From an archaeon (GTDB taxonomy: Archaea; Nanobdellota; Nanobdellia; Pacearchaeales; GW2011-AR1): a stretch of DNA of 35,409 nucleotides. The notes under the pieces were generated by a model, which saw nothing but the letters and a program-made list of their open reading frames with translations, was not told where the DNA came from and did no database searches. Every line of letters begins with the position of its first letter. Within the stretch, counting starts at the first letter, position 1. The stretch is from the NCBI GenBank assembly GCA_025453475.1, contig JALOQH010000001.1, positions 1-35,409 on the forward strand, given 5' to 3'. Positions 16,376-24,270 of the stretch are shown here, piece by piece. Both the position numbers and the translations under genes were made by a program.

Positions 16376-16871
16376 ATTTGTATTGATGCTTACTGTAAGC
16401 GCTGTTGCGCTTATTGCAGGATTCCTTGTTCCATTTGTAAAAAAAAGCCTCTATAAAAGCAGCGAGTGCGTAAATTACAAAGAGGTTTATAGTTTTGAAG
16501 AATCTTTGGGATATAACTGTGTCCAGAAAACAGAGGGATTGTATGCGATTTCGGTGAAGGCTAAGTTTGACAAAGAACTTCTTGGCGGTGTCGCCGGGTT
16601 CAGGGTTGTGTTCAAAAATGCAGACGGCACTTCCAAGGGAATAGAAGTAAAAAATGATACTTCTGCCTCAAACGAGCAGGGAGGAATAAGGCTGCTTGGC
16701 AGAGAAGGACTCAGGATTCCTGCCGCAGGGGAGACAATAACCTATGTTTACAGGGGGGCCAGCGGTGAAACATTTGCCTCTGCAGAAGTCTATCCTGTCT
16801 TGAATTCAGGCACCATCTGCGGAGAAAAGGACAGTATAGAATTAATACAGTGCAAAAATAGGATATCATAA
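16332..16871 (+). CDS. Archaeal type IV pilin (class III signal peptide)
   Basis: KRG|VSPVIATVFVL...; ATG 1 nt after the previous stop. Confidence 0.9.
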   Translation: MKRNKRGVSPVIATVFVLMLTVSAVALIAGFLVPFVKKSLYKSSECVNYKEVYSFEESLGYNCVQKTEGLYAISVKAKFDKELLGGVAGFRVVFKNADGTSKGIEVKNDTSASNEQGGIRLLGREGLRIPAAGETITYVYRGASGETFASAEVYPVLNSGTICGEKDSIELIQCKNRIS

Positions 16872-16872
16872 A

Positions 16873-17400
16873 ATGAAAAAGGGGCAGGTTTGGATTGAAA
16901 CAGTATTGTACACTCTTATAGGCCTGGCCTTGATAGGCATAGCTCTTGGATTCATAATGCCCAAGATAAATGAGACAAGAGACAGAGTTTTAGTCGAGCA
17001 GGCTGCAAGCTCCCTTAGCGTTTTGGATGAGAAGATAAACGAAGTTGTCCAAAAAGGGATTGGCAATGTGCGAGAGAATGAATTTATGATGAAGAAAGGA
17101 GAGCTTTACTTTAACTCTTCTACTGATGAGATTTTATTTGTTATACGGGATTTGGGAAGACCGTACTCTCAGCCAGGGGTAGAGATTCCACAGGGGAGAA
17201 TAACCATAAAAACCGTGACTGAACAGAAGGGCAATAGTGTTTACATAAAGGCAGACTACAGGGCAAACATCACGTTTTCTGGAAAAGAAGAGCTTGTCAA
17301 ATTCAGCGCTGCCCAGATACCATATAAATTCTATATTGAGAACAAAGGAAACGTCAATACCAACATCTGGATTGATATTGATGAGGGTTCTAACAGATAG
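16873..17400 (+). CDS. Minor pilin-like protein (class III signal, Q+1/E+5)
   Basis: KKG|QVWIETVLYTLIGLALIGIAL. Confidence 0.8.
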   Translation: MKKGQVWIETVLYTLIGLALIGIALGFIMPKINETRDRVLVEQAASSLSVLDEKINEVVQKGIGNVRENEFMMKKGELYFNSSTDEILFVIRDLGRPYSQPGVEIPQGRITIKTVTEQKGNSVYIKADYRANITFSGKEELVKFSAAQIPYKFYIENKGNVNTNIWIDIDEGSNR

Positions 17401-17439
17401 ATTTAAATTGAATATCGAGCATAATAATGTATCTGAAAG

Positions 17440-18966
17440 ATGGTGGTTAATATTGACTTAAGTCCGAGCATTCCTGCTCTGCAGAAAATAGAGGACAAAA
17501 CAAAAATAAATGTGCGTTATGCACTTATTTCCCCGTATGCTTTTGCCCATATACACTGGGATAAAAACATTGGAGAAGTAGTATATGAGATTGAAGAGCC
17601 GGTTCTTGACTATTCAGAAAAAGAAATGCTTGAAAAGGTAGAGAATGCGATGCTTGAGATCCTAAATGTGAATGTTGCTGTCGAAAAAACAATGGAAGCA
17701 ATAACTGAATATCTTGACAAAACTGCGAAGCTCCTGATTAATGAACTAAATCTTGGGATGAGCAATGAGACATATGATAAGATATTCTACTATTTATTCA
17801 GGGACTTTATCGGTTTCAATGAGATAGACCCCTTGCTCAGGGACTATTTTATTGAAGATATAGAATGCAACGGGATAAACACTCCGGTTTACATCATCCA
17901 CAGGGTTTTTAGAAATCTAAGGACAAGCATTGTGTTCAAGGACATGGACAGGTCAGCGAGTTTTGTTGAAAAGCTGGCTCAGAGAGCTGGAAGATATATC
18001 TCCTATGCCCAGCCTTTGCTTGATGGCACGCTTCCGGATGGCAGCAGAGTCAATGCGACTTATACAAAAGACGTCACATCGAAAGGCCCAACGTTTACAA
18101 TAAGAAAATTCACAAAGATACCGTGGACCCCTACGCAGCTTATTGCGTTCAATACAGTCAGCCCCGAAATGATGGCTTATTTCTGGATATTGCTCCAGTA
18201 TAAATCAAGCATTCTGGTAGCTGGAGGCACTGCTTCCGGGAAAACAACTTTTCTGAATGCAATAGCGTTCTTTATCCCGCCAGAGGCAAGAGTTGTAAGC
18301 ATTGAAGATACCAGAGAAATAAACCTCCCCCGGGAGAACTGGCTGCCTGCTGTCGCTCGACCTTCGATTGGAACAGGAAAGGTTGGAGAAGTTGATTTGT
18401 TTGAACTTCTAAAGAGCTCATTCAGGCAAAGTCCGGACTACCTGATAGTCGGAGAGGTAAGAGGCAAGGAGGCTTTCGTACTTTTCCAAGGCATGGCTTC
18501 CGGGCACGCGTCATTGAGCACCATGCACGCAGATTCTGTCGATACCCTGATAAGAAGACTTGAGACTCCTCCGATTGAACTATCGCCGACCCTTGTAAAT
18601 ACGCTGGATTGTGTAGCAATTGCCACACATGCAGTGGTGAATCAGCAGGAAACAAGAAGAATCAGGGATGTTTCGGAGATTGTTAATGTGAACAAGGATG
18701 GTACGGCGATTGTAAACACTCCGCTTATATGGGATCCGAAGAGAGATGTGTTCTATTTCAAAAAACAAAGCAGGGTATTTGAGAAGATATCACAAAGATA
18801 CGGAATCCCGATTGAAAAACTGCAAAGGGAATTCGAGCTGAGGGCGAAGATGCTCTATGAACTTGCCAAGCAGAAGGTATTCGGTTTTGAGGAGATTCAG
18901 AAAATCATCATTGACTATTACAAAAACCCTGTGGAAGTGCTTGCAAGGTACAATCTCGGGGGATAA
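17440..18966 (+). CDS. Type IV pilus/T2SS assembly ATPase (VirB11/TadA/ArlI family)
   Basis: IEDIECNG, LPDGSR, FTIRKF, Walker A GGTASGKTT, SIEDTRE, RQSPDYLIVGEVRG, GHASLSTMHA. Confidence 0.95.
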   Translation: MVVNIDLSPSIPALQKIEDKTKINVRYALISPYAFAHIHWDKNIGEVVYEIEEPVLDYSEKEMLEKVENAMLEILNVNVAVEKTMEAITEYLDKTAKLLINELNLGMSNETYDKIFYYLFRDFIGFNEIDPLLRDYFIEDIECNGINTPVYIIHRVFRNLRTSIVFKDMDRSASFVEKLAQRAGRYISYAQPLLDGTLPDGSRVNATYTKDVTSKGPTFTIRKFTKIPWTPTQLIAFNTVSPEMMAYFWILLQYKSSILVAGGTASGKTTFLNAIAFFIPPEARVVSIEDTREINLPRENWLPAVARPSIGTGKVGEVDLFELLKSSFRQSPDYLIVGEVRGKEAFVLFQGMASGHASLSTMHADSVDTLIRRLETPPIELSPTLVNTLDCVAIATHAVVNQQETRRIRDVSEIVNVNKDGTAIVNTPLIWDPKRDVFYFKKQSRVFEKISQRYGIPIEKLQREFELRAKMLYELAKQKVFGFEEIQKIIIDYYKNPVEVLARYNLGG

Positions 18967-18996
18967 GTATTTAAACAATTTTTGATTTTTCTATTG

Positions 18997-19158
18997 ATGA
19001 AAAAAGAGGATGTGGCTCTAATTGCGAAATCCTTAACCAGCATAAAAAACGCCATTGACGAGCTTGATTCTGCCATTAAGAAAAACGATGCAACCCGTGC
19101 AAATTCCGCCAAGGAAAGGATATTGGAGATGCAAATCCAGATAAACCGGCTGCTATGA
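18997..19158 (+). CDS. 53-aa helical-hairpin protein MKKEDVALIAKSLTSIKNAIDELDSAIKKNDATRANSAKERILEMQIQINRLL (missed by the ORF track)
   Basis: TATTTAAA at 18968-18975; ATGA overlap with the downstream TadC-like gene; heptad hydrophobic pattern. Confidence 0.8.
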   Translation: MKKEDVALIAKSLTSIKNAIDELDSAIKKNDATRANSAKERILEMQIQINRLL

Positions 19159-20396
19159 CTGAAGCATTGAAAAAAGCTGTCCAGAAAGAGATTGAAATGC
19201 TTGGAGAGTACTCCCTGATTCTTGCTAAAGCGGAGAACTCGTCACAGTCTGAAAGAAGATTGATGCTTGACGGCGCGGATTCTCTGATTGCTCAAATCAA
19301 GAAGGTGAATAATTCGATACCGGTTCTGTTGAACAGGATTTTAATTGAGCCAGAAGGAAAGAAAAAGAGTGAAAAAGAAACAAAAAAACCAGCCAAGGAA
19401 ATTGTGCTTTCTGAGAGGCTGTCAATAAAGTCCGAAGAAAAAGAAAAGATGCTCGGAGAGCTCAATATCAATGAAAGATTGTTCAGGAAGGTTGGAAAGA
19501 AACAAGGCGAGGAGAAGGAGGCTGAATTTGAGTTCAAAGCAGCGAGAGGCTATCTTAAGATGGCAAATAGATTTTTCCTTGACAGCGCAAACAAGCTGAT
19601 AAAGAAAGGATATTTCCTGAGCTTGGCGGGAGAAATAAAGAAATCCAACCTTGACATGCTTTTTGGAAGCTATGTCGCGATGATACTGTTTACGACTTTC
19701 CTCTCGGTTTTTGCAGGTTTGCTGCTTGCAATAATCCTGATGATTATAATCGGTTTTAACCCAATTATTCTGCTTTTAATCATTGTTGTTCCGATAGGGG
19801 TTTTTTCTGCACTCTACTACTATCCTTCTGCGGAAAGAAGCAGTATCTCAAAGAAGATTGATGATGAGCTGCCATTTGCTGTAATCCACATGAGCTCCAT
19901 ATCCGGTTCAGGCATTGAACCAACAGAAATATTCAAGATAATCGGGCTTAGCAAAGAGTATCCTTTCCTGAAGGGGGAGATAAGAAAGATACTCAACCAG
20001 ATTAATATTTATGGATATGACCTGGTAACAGCCCTTAACGGAGTTTCGAAGAGCACATCAAGCGACAAACTCGCTGAACTTTTGAACGGGCTTTCTGCTA
20101 CGATAAGCTCTGGCGGAAGCCTGTCAGACTTCTTCCAAAAAAGGGCGGATACGCTGCTTGTGTCATACAAACTTGAAAAAGCAAGATTCGTGAAGGTTGC
20201 AGAAACGTTCATGGATGTTTATATCAGTGTGGTTATTGCTGCGCCGATGATACTTATGCTCATGCTTGTCATGATCTCTGTTTCAGGAATACAAACAGGG
20301 TTTACGCCATATCAGCTGACTTTTATCACAATCGGCGGAGTAGCATTAATAAATATTGTATTCCTCGGATTTTTGCAGATGAAGGCTTCGTACTAA
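19155..20396 (+). CDS. Type II secretion system F / TadC(ArlJ)-like platform protein
   Basis: YP...R...IDDELPFAVIHM, G.DLVTAL, SGGSL..F, E.F..VY, multiple TMs. Confidence 0.92.
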   Translation: MTEALKKAVQKEIEMLGEYSLILAKAENSSQSERRLMLDGADSLIAQIKKVNNSIPVLLNRILIEPEGKKKSEKETKKPAKEIVLSERLSIKSEEKEKMLGELNINERLFRKVGKKQGEEKEAEFEFKAARGYLKMANRFFLDSANKLIKKGYFLSLAGEIKKSNLDMLFGSYVAMILFTTFLSVFAGLLLAIILMIIIGFNPIILLLIIVVPIGVFSALYYYPSAERSSISKKIDDELPFAVIHMSSISGSGIEPTEIFKIIGLSKEYPFLKGEIRKILNQINIYGYDLVTALNGVSKSTSSDKLAELLNGLSATISSGGSLSDFFQKRADTLLVSYKLEKARFVKVAETFMDVYISVVIAAPMILMLMLVMISVSGIQTGFTPYQLTFITIGGVALINIVFLGFLQMKASY

Positions 20397-20397
20397 A

Positions 20398-21252
20398 ATG
20401 AGAATAAAAAAAGTTGCAATTGTTGGGATATCTGCGGGTCTTCTGATATTAATCCTGGATTTAATCTTCTTCCGCGGTGAGAAAATATTCAGTTTTATAG
20501 TCGGAATAGCGTTTGTTGTTGCGGCAATGCCTTTTGTACTGGATATTGTACGGGAGGGCAAGAGAGAAGAAGAAGTGAGCGAAATGTTCTTGGAATTCTC
20601 CAGGAATCTTGCAGAGAGCGTGAACACCGGAACACCTATAAGCAAGAGCATAATCAACATGGCAAAGAAAAATTACGGCGCATTGACGCCCCATGTACAA
20701 AAACTTGCAAATCAAATCTCGCTCGGAATACCTGTCGGACGGGCGCTTGAAACATTTGCTGAAGATGTAGACAACAAGGTGATAAGACGGGCTGTTGCGC
20801 TTATCCGGGAAGCTGAGAAAGCTGGCGGAGAAATAGATTATATCCTTGAATCAGTAGCGAACTCTATTTCAGAGGTTGAGAAGCTTAAAAAAGAGAGGAA
20901 ATCTGCGATATTCAACCTGATTGTCCAGGGATATATCATATTTTTCATCTTCATCGGCATAATGCTTGTGATGGAATTTAAGATACTGCCCCTGACTTAC
21001 GGAACAAGTTCTTTTGGCATAGCAACAGGAGACATAAGCTCGTTCAGCTCCGGCGTTACAATGAGCGCTGAAAAATTAAATCCTGCGCAGATATCCCAAC
21101 TGTTCCTCTATCTTCTGCTAACGCAGGGATTTTTTGCCGGACTGACTATCGGAAAATTAAGCGAGGGTTCTATTAAGGCAGGGATAAAACATTCATTCAT
21201 ACTGACAATTGCGGCTTTCCTTATCTCTACAGGCGTCAGAGCGCTTATCTAG
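20398..21252 (+). CDS. Second T2SS-F / TadB-TadC-like platform protein
   Basis: F.EFSRNLAES..TG, YGALT..V, GIP...AL, AGG.I..IL, QG.F.GL..GK..EG...AGIKH. Confidence 0.92.
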   Translation: MRIKKVAIVGISAGLLILILDLIFFRGEKIFSFIVGIAFVVAAMPFVLDIVREGKREEEVSEMFLEFSRNLAESVNTGTPISKSIINMAKKNYGALTPHVQKLANQISLGIPVGRALETFAEDVDNKVIRRAVALIREAEKAGGEIDYILESVANSISEVEKLKKERKSAIFNLIVQGYIIFFIFIGIMLVMEFKILPLTYGTSSFGIATGDISSFSSGVTMSAEKLNPAQISQLFLYLLLTQGFFAGLTIGKLSEGSIKAGIKHSFILTIAAFLISTGVRALI

Positions 21253-22012
21253 CGACAATATAGAAAATTTCGTTTTCTGAGCCGACTGTATTGAACTTAA
21301 ACCCCAAGTTAGCAAGAAGCTTCTCAAACCATATTCTTCTGGGCTTATTCATTCTTTTTCCGGAGAGAGTGGTTGTTGAAAAACTAACAATAAGATTTTT
21401 GAAAGTTATATTTTTCAGCACGCGCTCTGCAATAACATAGTCATTTTTCCCGAGTATATCAAAAACCTTGAAGATTAAACATAAGTCTGCTTCAGGAACA
21501 GAACATTCGTCTATCTTTCTCAGGTCGCAGAAAAAAGCGTCGCCTTTTATATTATGCTTCTTGAAATAATCCCGGATAATCTCCAGCTCAGACAGATTGA
21601 TATCGCAAGCGTAATAAGTTACTCCGGGTTTTGCGATAGCCAGCGGATTAAGCCCGCATCCAAGATCGAGGATGGATTTTGGTTTTAGACTGTTAATTAC
21701 CTCCTTGAGCCGCGGATAAAAATTAAAACGCTCCTTTGTTGAAGAATGCGTCTTCAGAATTTCATCCATGTCTTCTGAATCTGCCAATTTTTTCCTGTTT
21801 TTTCGGCTTGTTTGGAACATGCCAGTTGAATAACGAAGTTCTGCGCGAATGTCCTTGACAATTAGTTTTATGTCTGAGATTTTCAATTTCTCCAGGGAGA
21901 GATTGTTTCTTTTTACATATGAATCGAGTACCCCCAAGACAATGGAGTCCCCTATACCGGACAGCTCTTTCTTCTGTTTTATCCTGGAGAGTGCAGACTG
22001 CCTGATATCCAT
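21245..22012 (-). CDS. ArmA/Rmt/Sgm (FmrO) family rRNA methyltransferase homolog
   Basis: Family motifs H-S-S-T-K-E-R, SILDLGCGLNPL, YYACDI, D...IFK, IVSF.T.TLSG, NE..Y. Confidence 0.85.
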   Translation of the reverse strand: MDIRQSALSRIKQKKELSGIGDSIVLGVLDSYVKRNNLSLEKLKISDIKLIVKDIRAELRYSTGMFQTSRKNRKKLADSEDMDEILKTHSSTKERFNFYPRLKEVINSLKPKSILDLGCGLNPLAIAKPGVTYYACDINLSELEIIRDYFKKHNIKGDAFFCDLRKIDECSVPEADLCLIFKVFDILGKNDYVIAERVLKNITFKNLIVSFSTTTLSGKRMNKPRRIWFEKLLANLGFKFNTVGSENEIFYIVAR

Positions 22013-22090
22013 ATTAAAACGAGGGGGGCAGTGTTTATTAGGCTATCGCGTAAGGGCAACCTATAAAAATGACAGAAGATAGGATAGAAT

Positions 22091-22795
22091 ATGAAAAAGA
22101 AGGGGTTGAGCAATATCGAATTTATGCTGGCATTTATTCTTTTTGCAGTGTTTGTAATGGCTGCATTTTACCTGTTTAATCCGATAAAGAGCACAAGGGT
22201 TTTAGAATCGTCCAAGAATTATGTTGTAGGGCAGGTTACTGCAGAGGCAACGGTTCAAATCAGAGCGTATTCCGTAAAACTTGAAACAACCGGTTCGTGC
22301 AGTGGAAGTGTTTTTGAGATAGCTGTCCCTGGAATCGGCAGCGGAGAAAAGGCGAGGGTTGAAGATTATTATGGCAATGCTATGCCTTCGAAGAAATCTG
22401 GCGAGAGAGTCATATTTGACAGGGGGAGCAGCAATTTCGCGGTTTTGAAATTCAGCGAGGATTTTGAGGCAGGCATTCTTGATAAGGCAAGCGATGTAAA
22501 TAAGGAGAGCTGTTACACGATAGCTTCCTCATATACCGATGATTCGCTTTCTGAAAAGAAGATTATGGAGATGAATAAGTCTTATTATGTAAATTACGAG
22601 GGCCTGAAAGATAAGTTAAACATTCCGAACAATATTAATTTTGGATTTATGCTTGAATTTGACAGCGGAAAAGTTATTCTTGCAGACAAGAGCTCTCCAC
22701 TCAGAGTTGAGGTATTTTCGGAAAATAAAAGGAGTTCAGTAATCAGAGAAGACGGAGGCTCTGAGTTCGCGCAGTTTATAATAAGGACATGGTAA
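22091..22795 (+). CDS. Pilin-like protein (class III signal, E+5)
   Basis: KKKG|LSNIEFMLAFILFAVFV. Confidence 0.75.
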   Translation: MKKKGLSNIEFMLAFILFAVFVMAAFYLFNPIKSTRVLESSKNYVVGQVTAEATVQIRAYSVKLETTGSCSGSVFEIAVPGIGSGEKARVEDYYGNAMPSKKSGERVIFDRGSSNFAVLKFSEDFEAGILDKASDVNKESCYTIASSYTDDSLSEKKIMEMNKSYYVNYEGLKDKLNIPNNINFGFMLEFDSGKVILADKSSPLRVEVFSENKRSSVIREDGGSEFAQFIIRTW

Positions 22796-23211
22796 ACAAA
22801 AAAGGATGGTTAAGGATAGTTGAAGCTACGGTTGCGATAATGCTGATTCTTACCATTATCCTTATAGTTGCAGAGAGAAAAAAAACAACATCTGAAAATG
22901 ATATTTCCGAGAGTGTAACCCCTCTTCTTGAAGAAATTGCAAGGAATGCAACACTAAGGGACAATATAATGACAAAAGACAGTGCTTCTGTTGAAGCAGA
23001 GATAGCTAAAACTCTGCTAATCAAGATAGACAATCCAGATATAGGCTACGATGTAAGAGTATGCGACTATAAGCAGATATGCGCGCTTGACAGCTACCCT
23101 GAGACTGCAAAGGGAGATATATACTCCGGTGAGAGAATTATAAGTTCTGCGCTAGGTTCAGCAGATATCCAGCCCAAGAAAGTCGTAGTGTTTATCTGGC
23201 TGAAGAAGTAA
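22789..23211 (+). CDS. Pilin-like protein (class III-like signal, E+6)
   Basis: NKKG|WLRIVEATVAIMLIL; overlaps the previous gene by 7 nt. Confidence 0.75.
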   Translation: MVNKKGWLRIVEATVAIMLILTIILIVAERKKTTSENDISESVTPLLEEIARNATLRDNIMTKDSASVEAEIAKTLLIKIDNPDIGYDVRVCDYKQICALDSYPETAKGDIYSGERIISSALGSADIQPKKVVVFIWLKK

Positions 23212-23260
23212 ACTGCGGAGAACAATAAAGGTTTATAAAGTTCTCTTATCTTTATGGCTT

Positions 23261-24235
23261 ATGAAGAGAGTGATGGTTTGCCTCCTTGCACTAACAGCTA
23301 TACTCTTAACTATGGGTTTTGCTGGTGCAAGCGCAGAGTGCAATAATCCTGAGCAGATAATTTTAAGATTGAGTGCTGAAAGTAACGCGCACGCTTCCCT
23401 TTGGGATAGTGAAGATTATGTGGTGAAAGTATGCTACGACAGGTATTTTGATATTTATGATGACGAAGTAGATGAGGAAGCACATGCGTGCGGTTTCGGC
23501 GGGGGGAACAGATTATTCTATCTTTCAGGCACGAACAATGCGCACGCTTCAATAGATGGAAATGACAATTATCCGATAGAAGTGTGCCATGACGGGGTTT
23601 CTGGATGCGAACTGGTCGATAATACCGGGCAGAACACTTGCCAGAATATTGACAAGAAACCGATAGTGTTTCTTTCTGCAGAGACAAATGCCCATCTTTC
23701 GAGAAGATATGATTCCAATTACCCATTTGTAGTTTGCTGCAAGGGAATAGGCACACCGTCCACGCCAACTGACCCGACTATCTGCGCGCATTATTCTGAC
23801 AGCTTGGTGTATCCTTCTTATTACGGCAGAGAAAACTGCACAGAAGACCCACTAAATCTTTCCGTAGATGATCCTCTGTGCCCTCTCGGAGAGAAAACAT
23901 GCAGATGCATATGGACAAATAACAGATGCTCGCTGATTTATAACAGCACTTCGCCCAGCGGCTGCCAGTATACCTGCTCCAAGAATGTTGCAGATTACGA
24001 TTCTGCAAGCTGTAATGAGGGTTTCAAGAATGTGACTGTAGAAGCAGTAATTAACCCCATTGGATGCTCTATAGGGCCTGATGAACTCATAGAAGGATGC
24101 GAGGGCACGACTACACTTATTCCCTGCAGTTTCGGGCTTGCTGAACTGCCTTTCTTCGGAATCTGGCAGTTCATGGCGGCAATAACTGCAATTGCGTTTG
24201 TTTATGTGATGTTTTACAGGAAAAAGGCGGATTAG
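23261..24235 (+). CDS. Secreted Cys-rich protein with three LS-x3-NAH repeats and an LPFF-TM-basic C-terminal anchor
   Basis: Signal ending ASA-E; repeats at about 23357-23740; C-terminus LPFFGIWQFMAAITAIAFVYVMFY-RKKAD. Confidence 0.8.
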   Translation: MKRVMVCLLALTAILLTMGFAGASAECNNPEQIILRLSAESNAHASLWDSEDYVVKVCYDRYFDIYDDEVDEEAHACGFGGGNRLFYLSGTNNAHASIDGNDNYPIEVCHDGVSGCELVDNTGQNTCQNIDKKPIVFLSAETNAHLSRRYDSNYPFVVCCKGIGTPSTPTDPTICAHYSDSLVYPSYYGRENCTEDPLNLSVDDPLCPLGEKTCRCIWTNNRCSLIYNSTSPSGCQYTCSKNVADYDSASCNEGFKNVTVEAVINPIGCSIGPDELIEGCEGTTTLIPCSFGLAELPFFGIWQFMAAITAIAFVYVMFYRKKAD

Positions 24236-24270
24236 GTTAGTTTTTTAAATAACTCTTTATTAGTTAATTC

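Noticed and set aside
17427..17450. Short out-of-frame uORF MYLKDGG overlapping the ATPase start
   Set aside because: Seven codons with no coupling geometry; easily chance.
15863..21252. Archaellum (motility) operon
   Set aside because: No ArlH, ArlF/G or ArlC/D/E; two separate TadC-like genes and SPVIAT-type pilins fit a type IV pilus.
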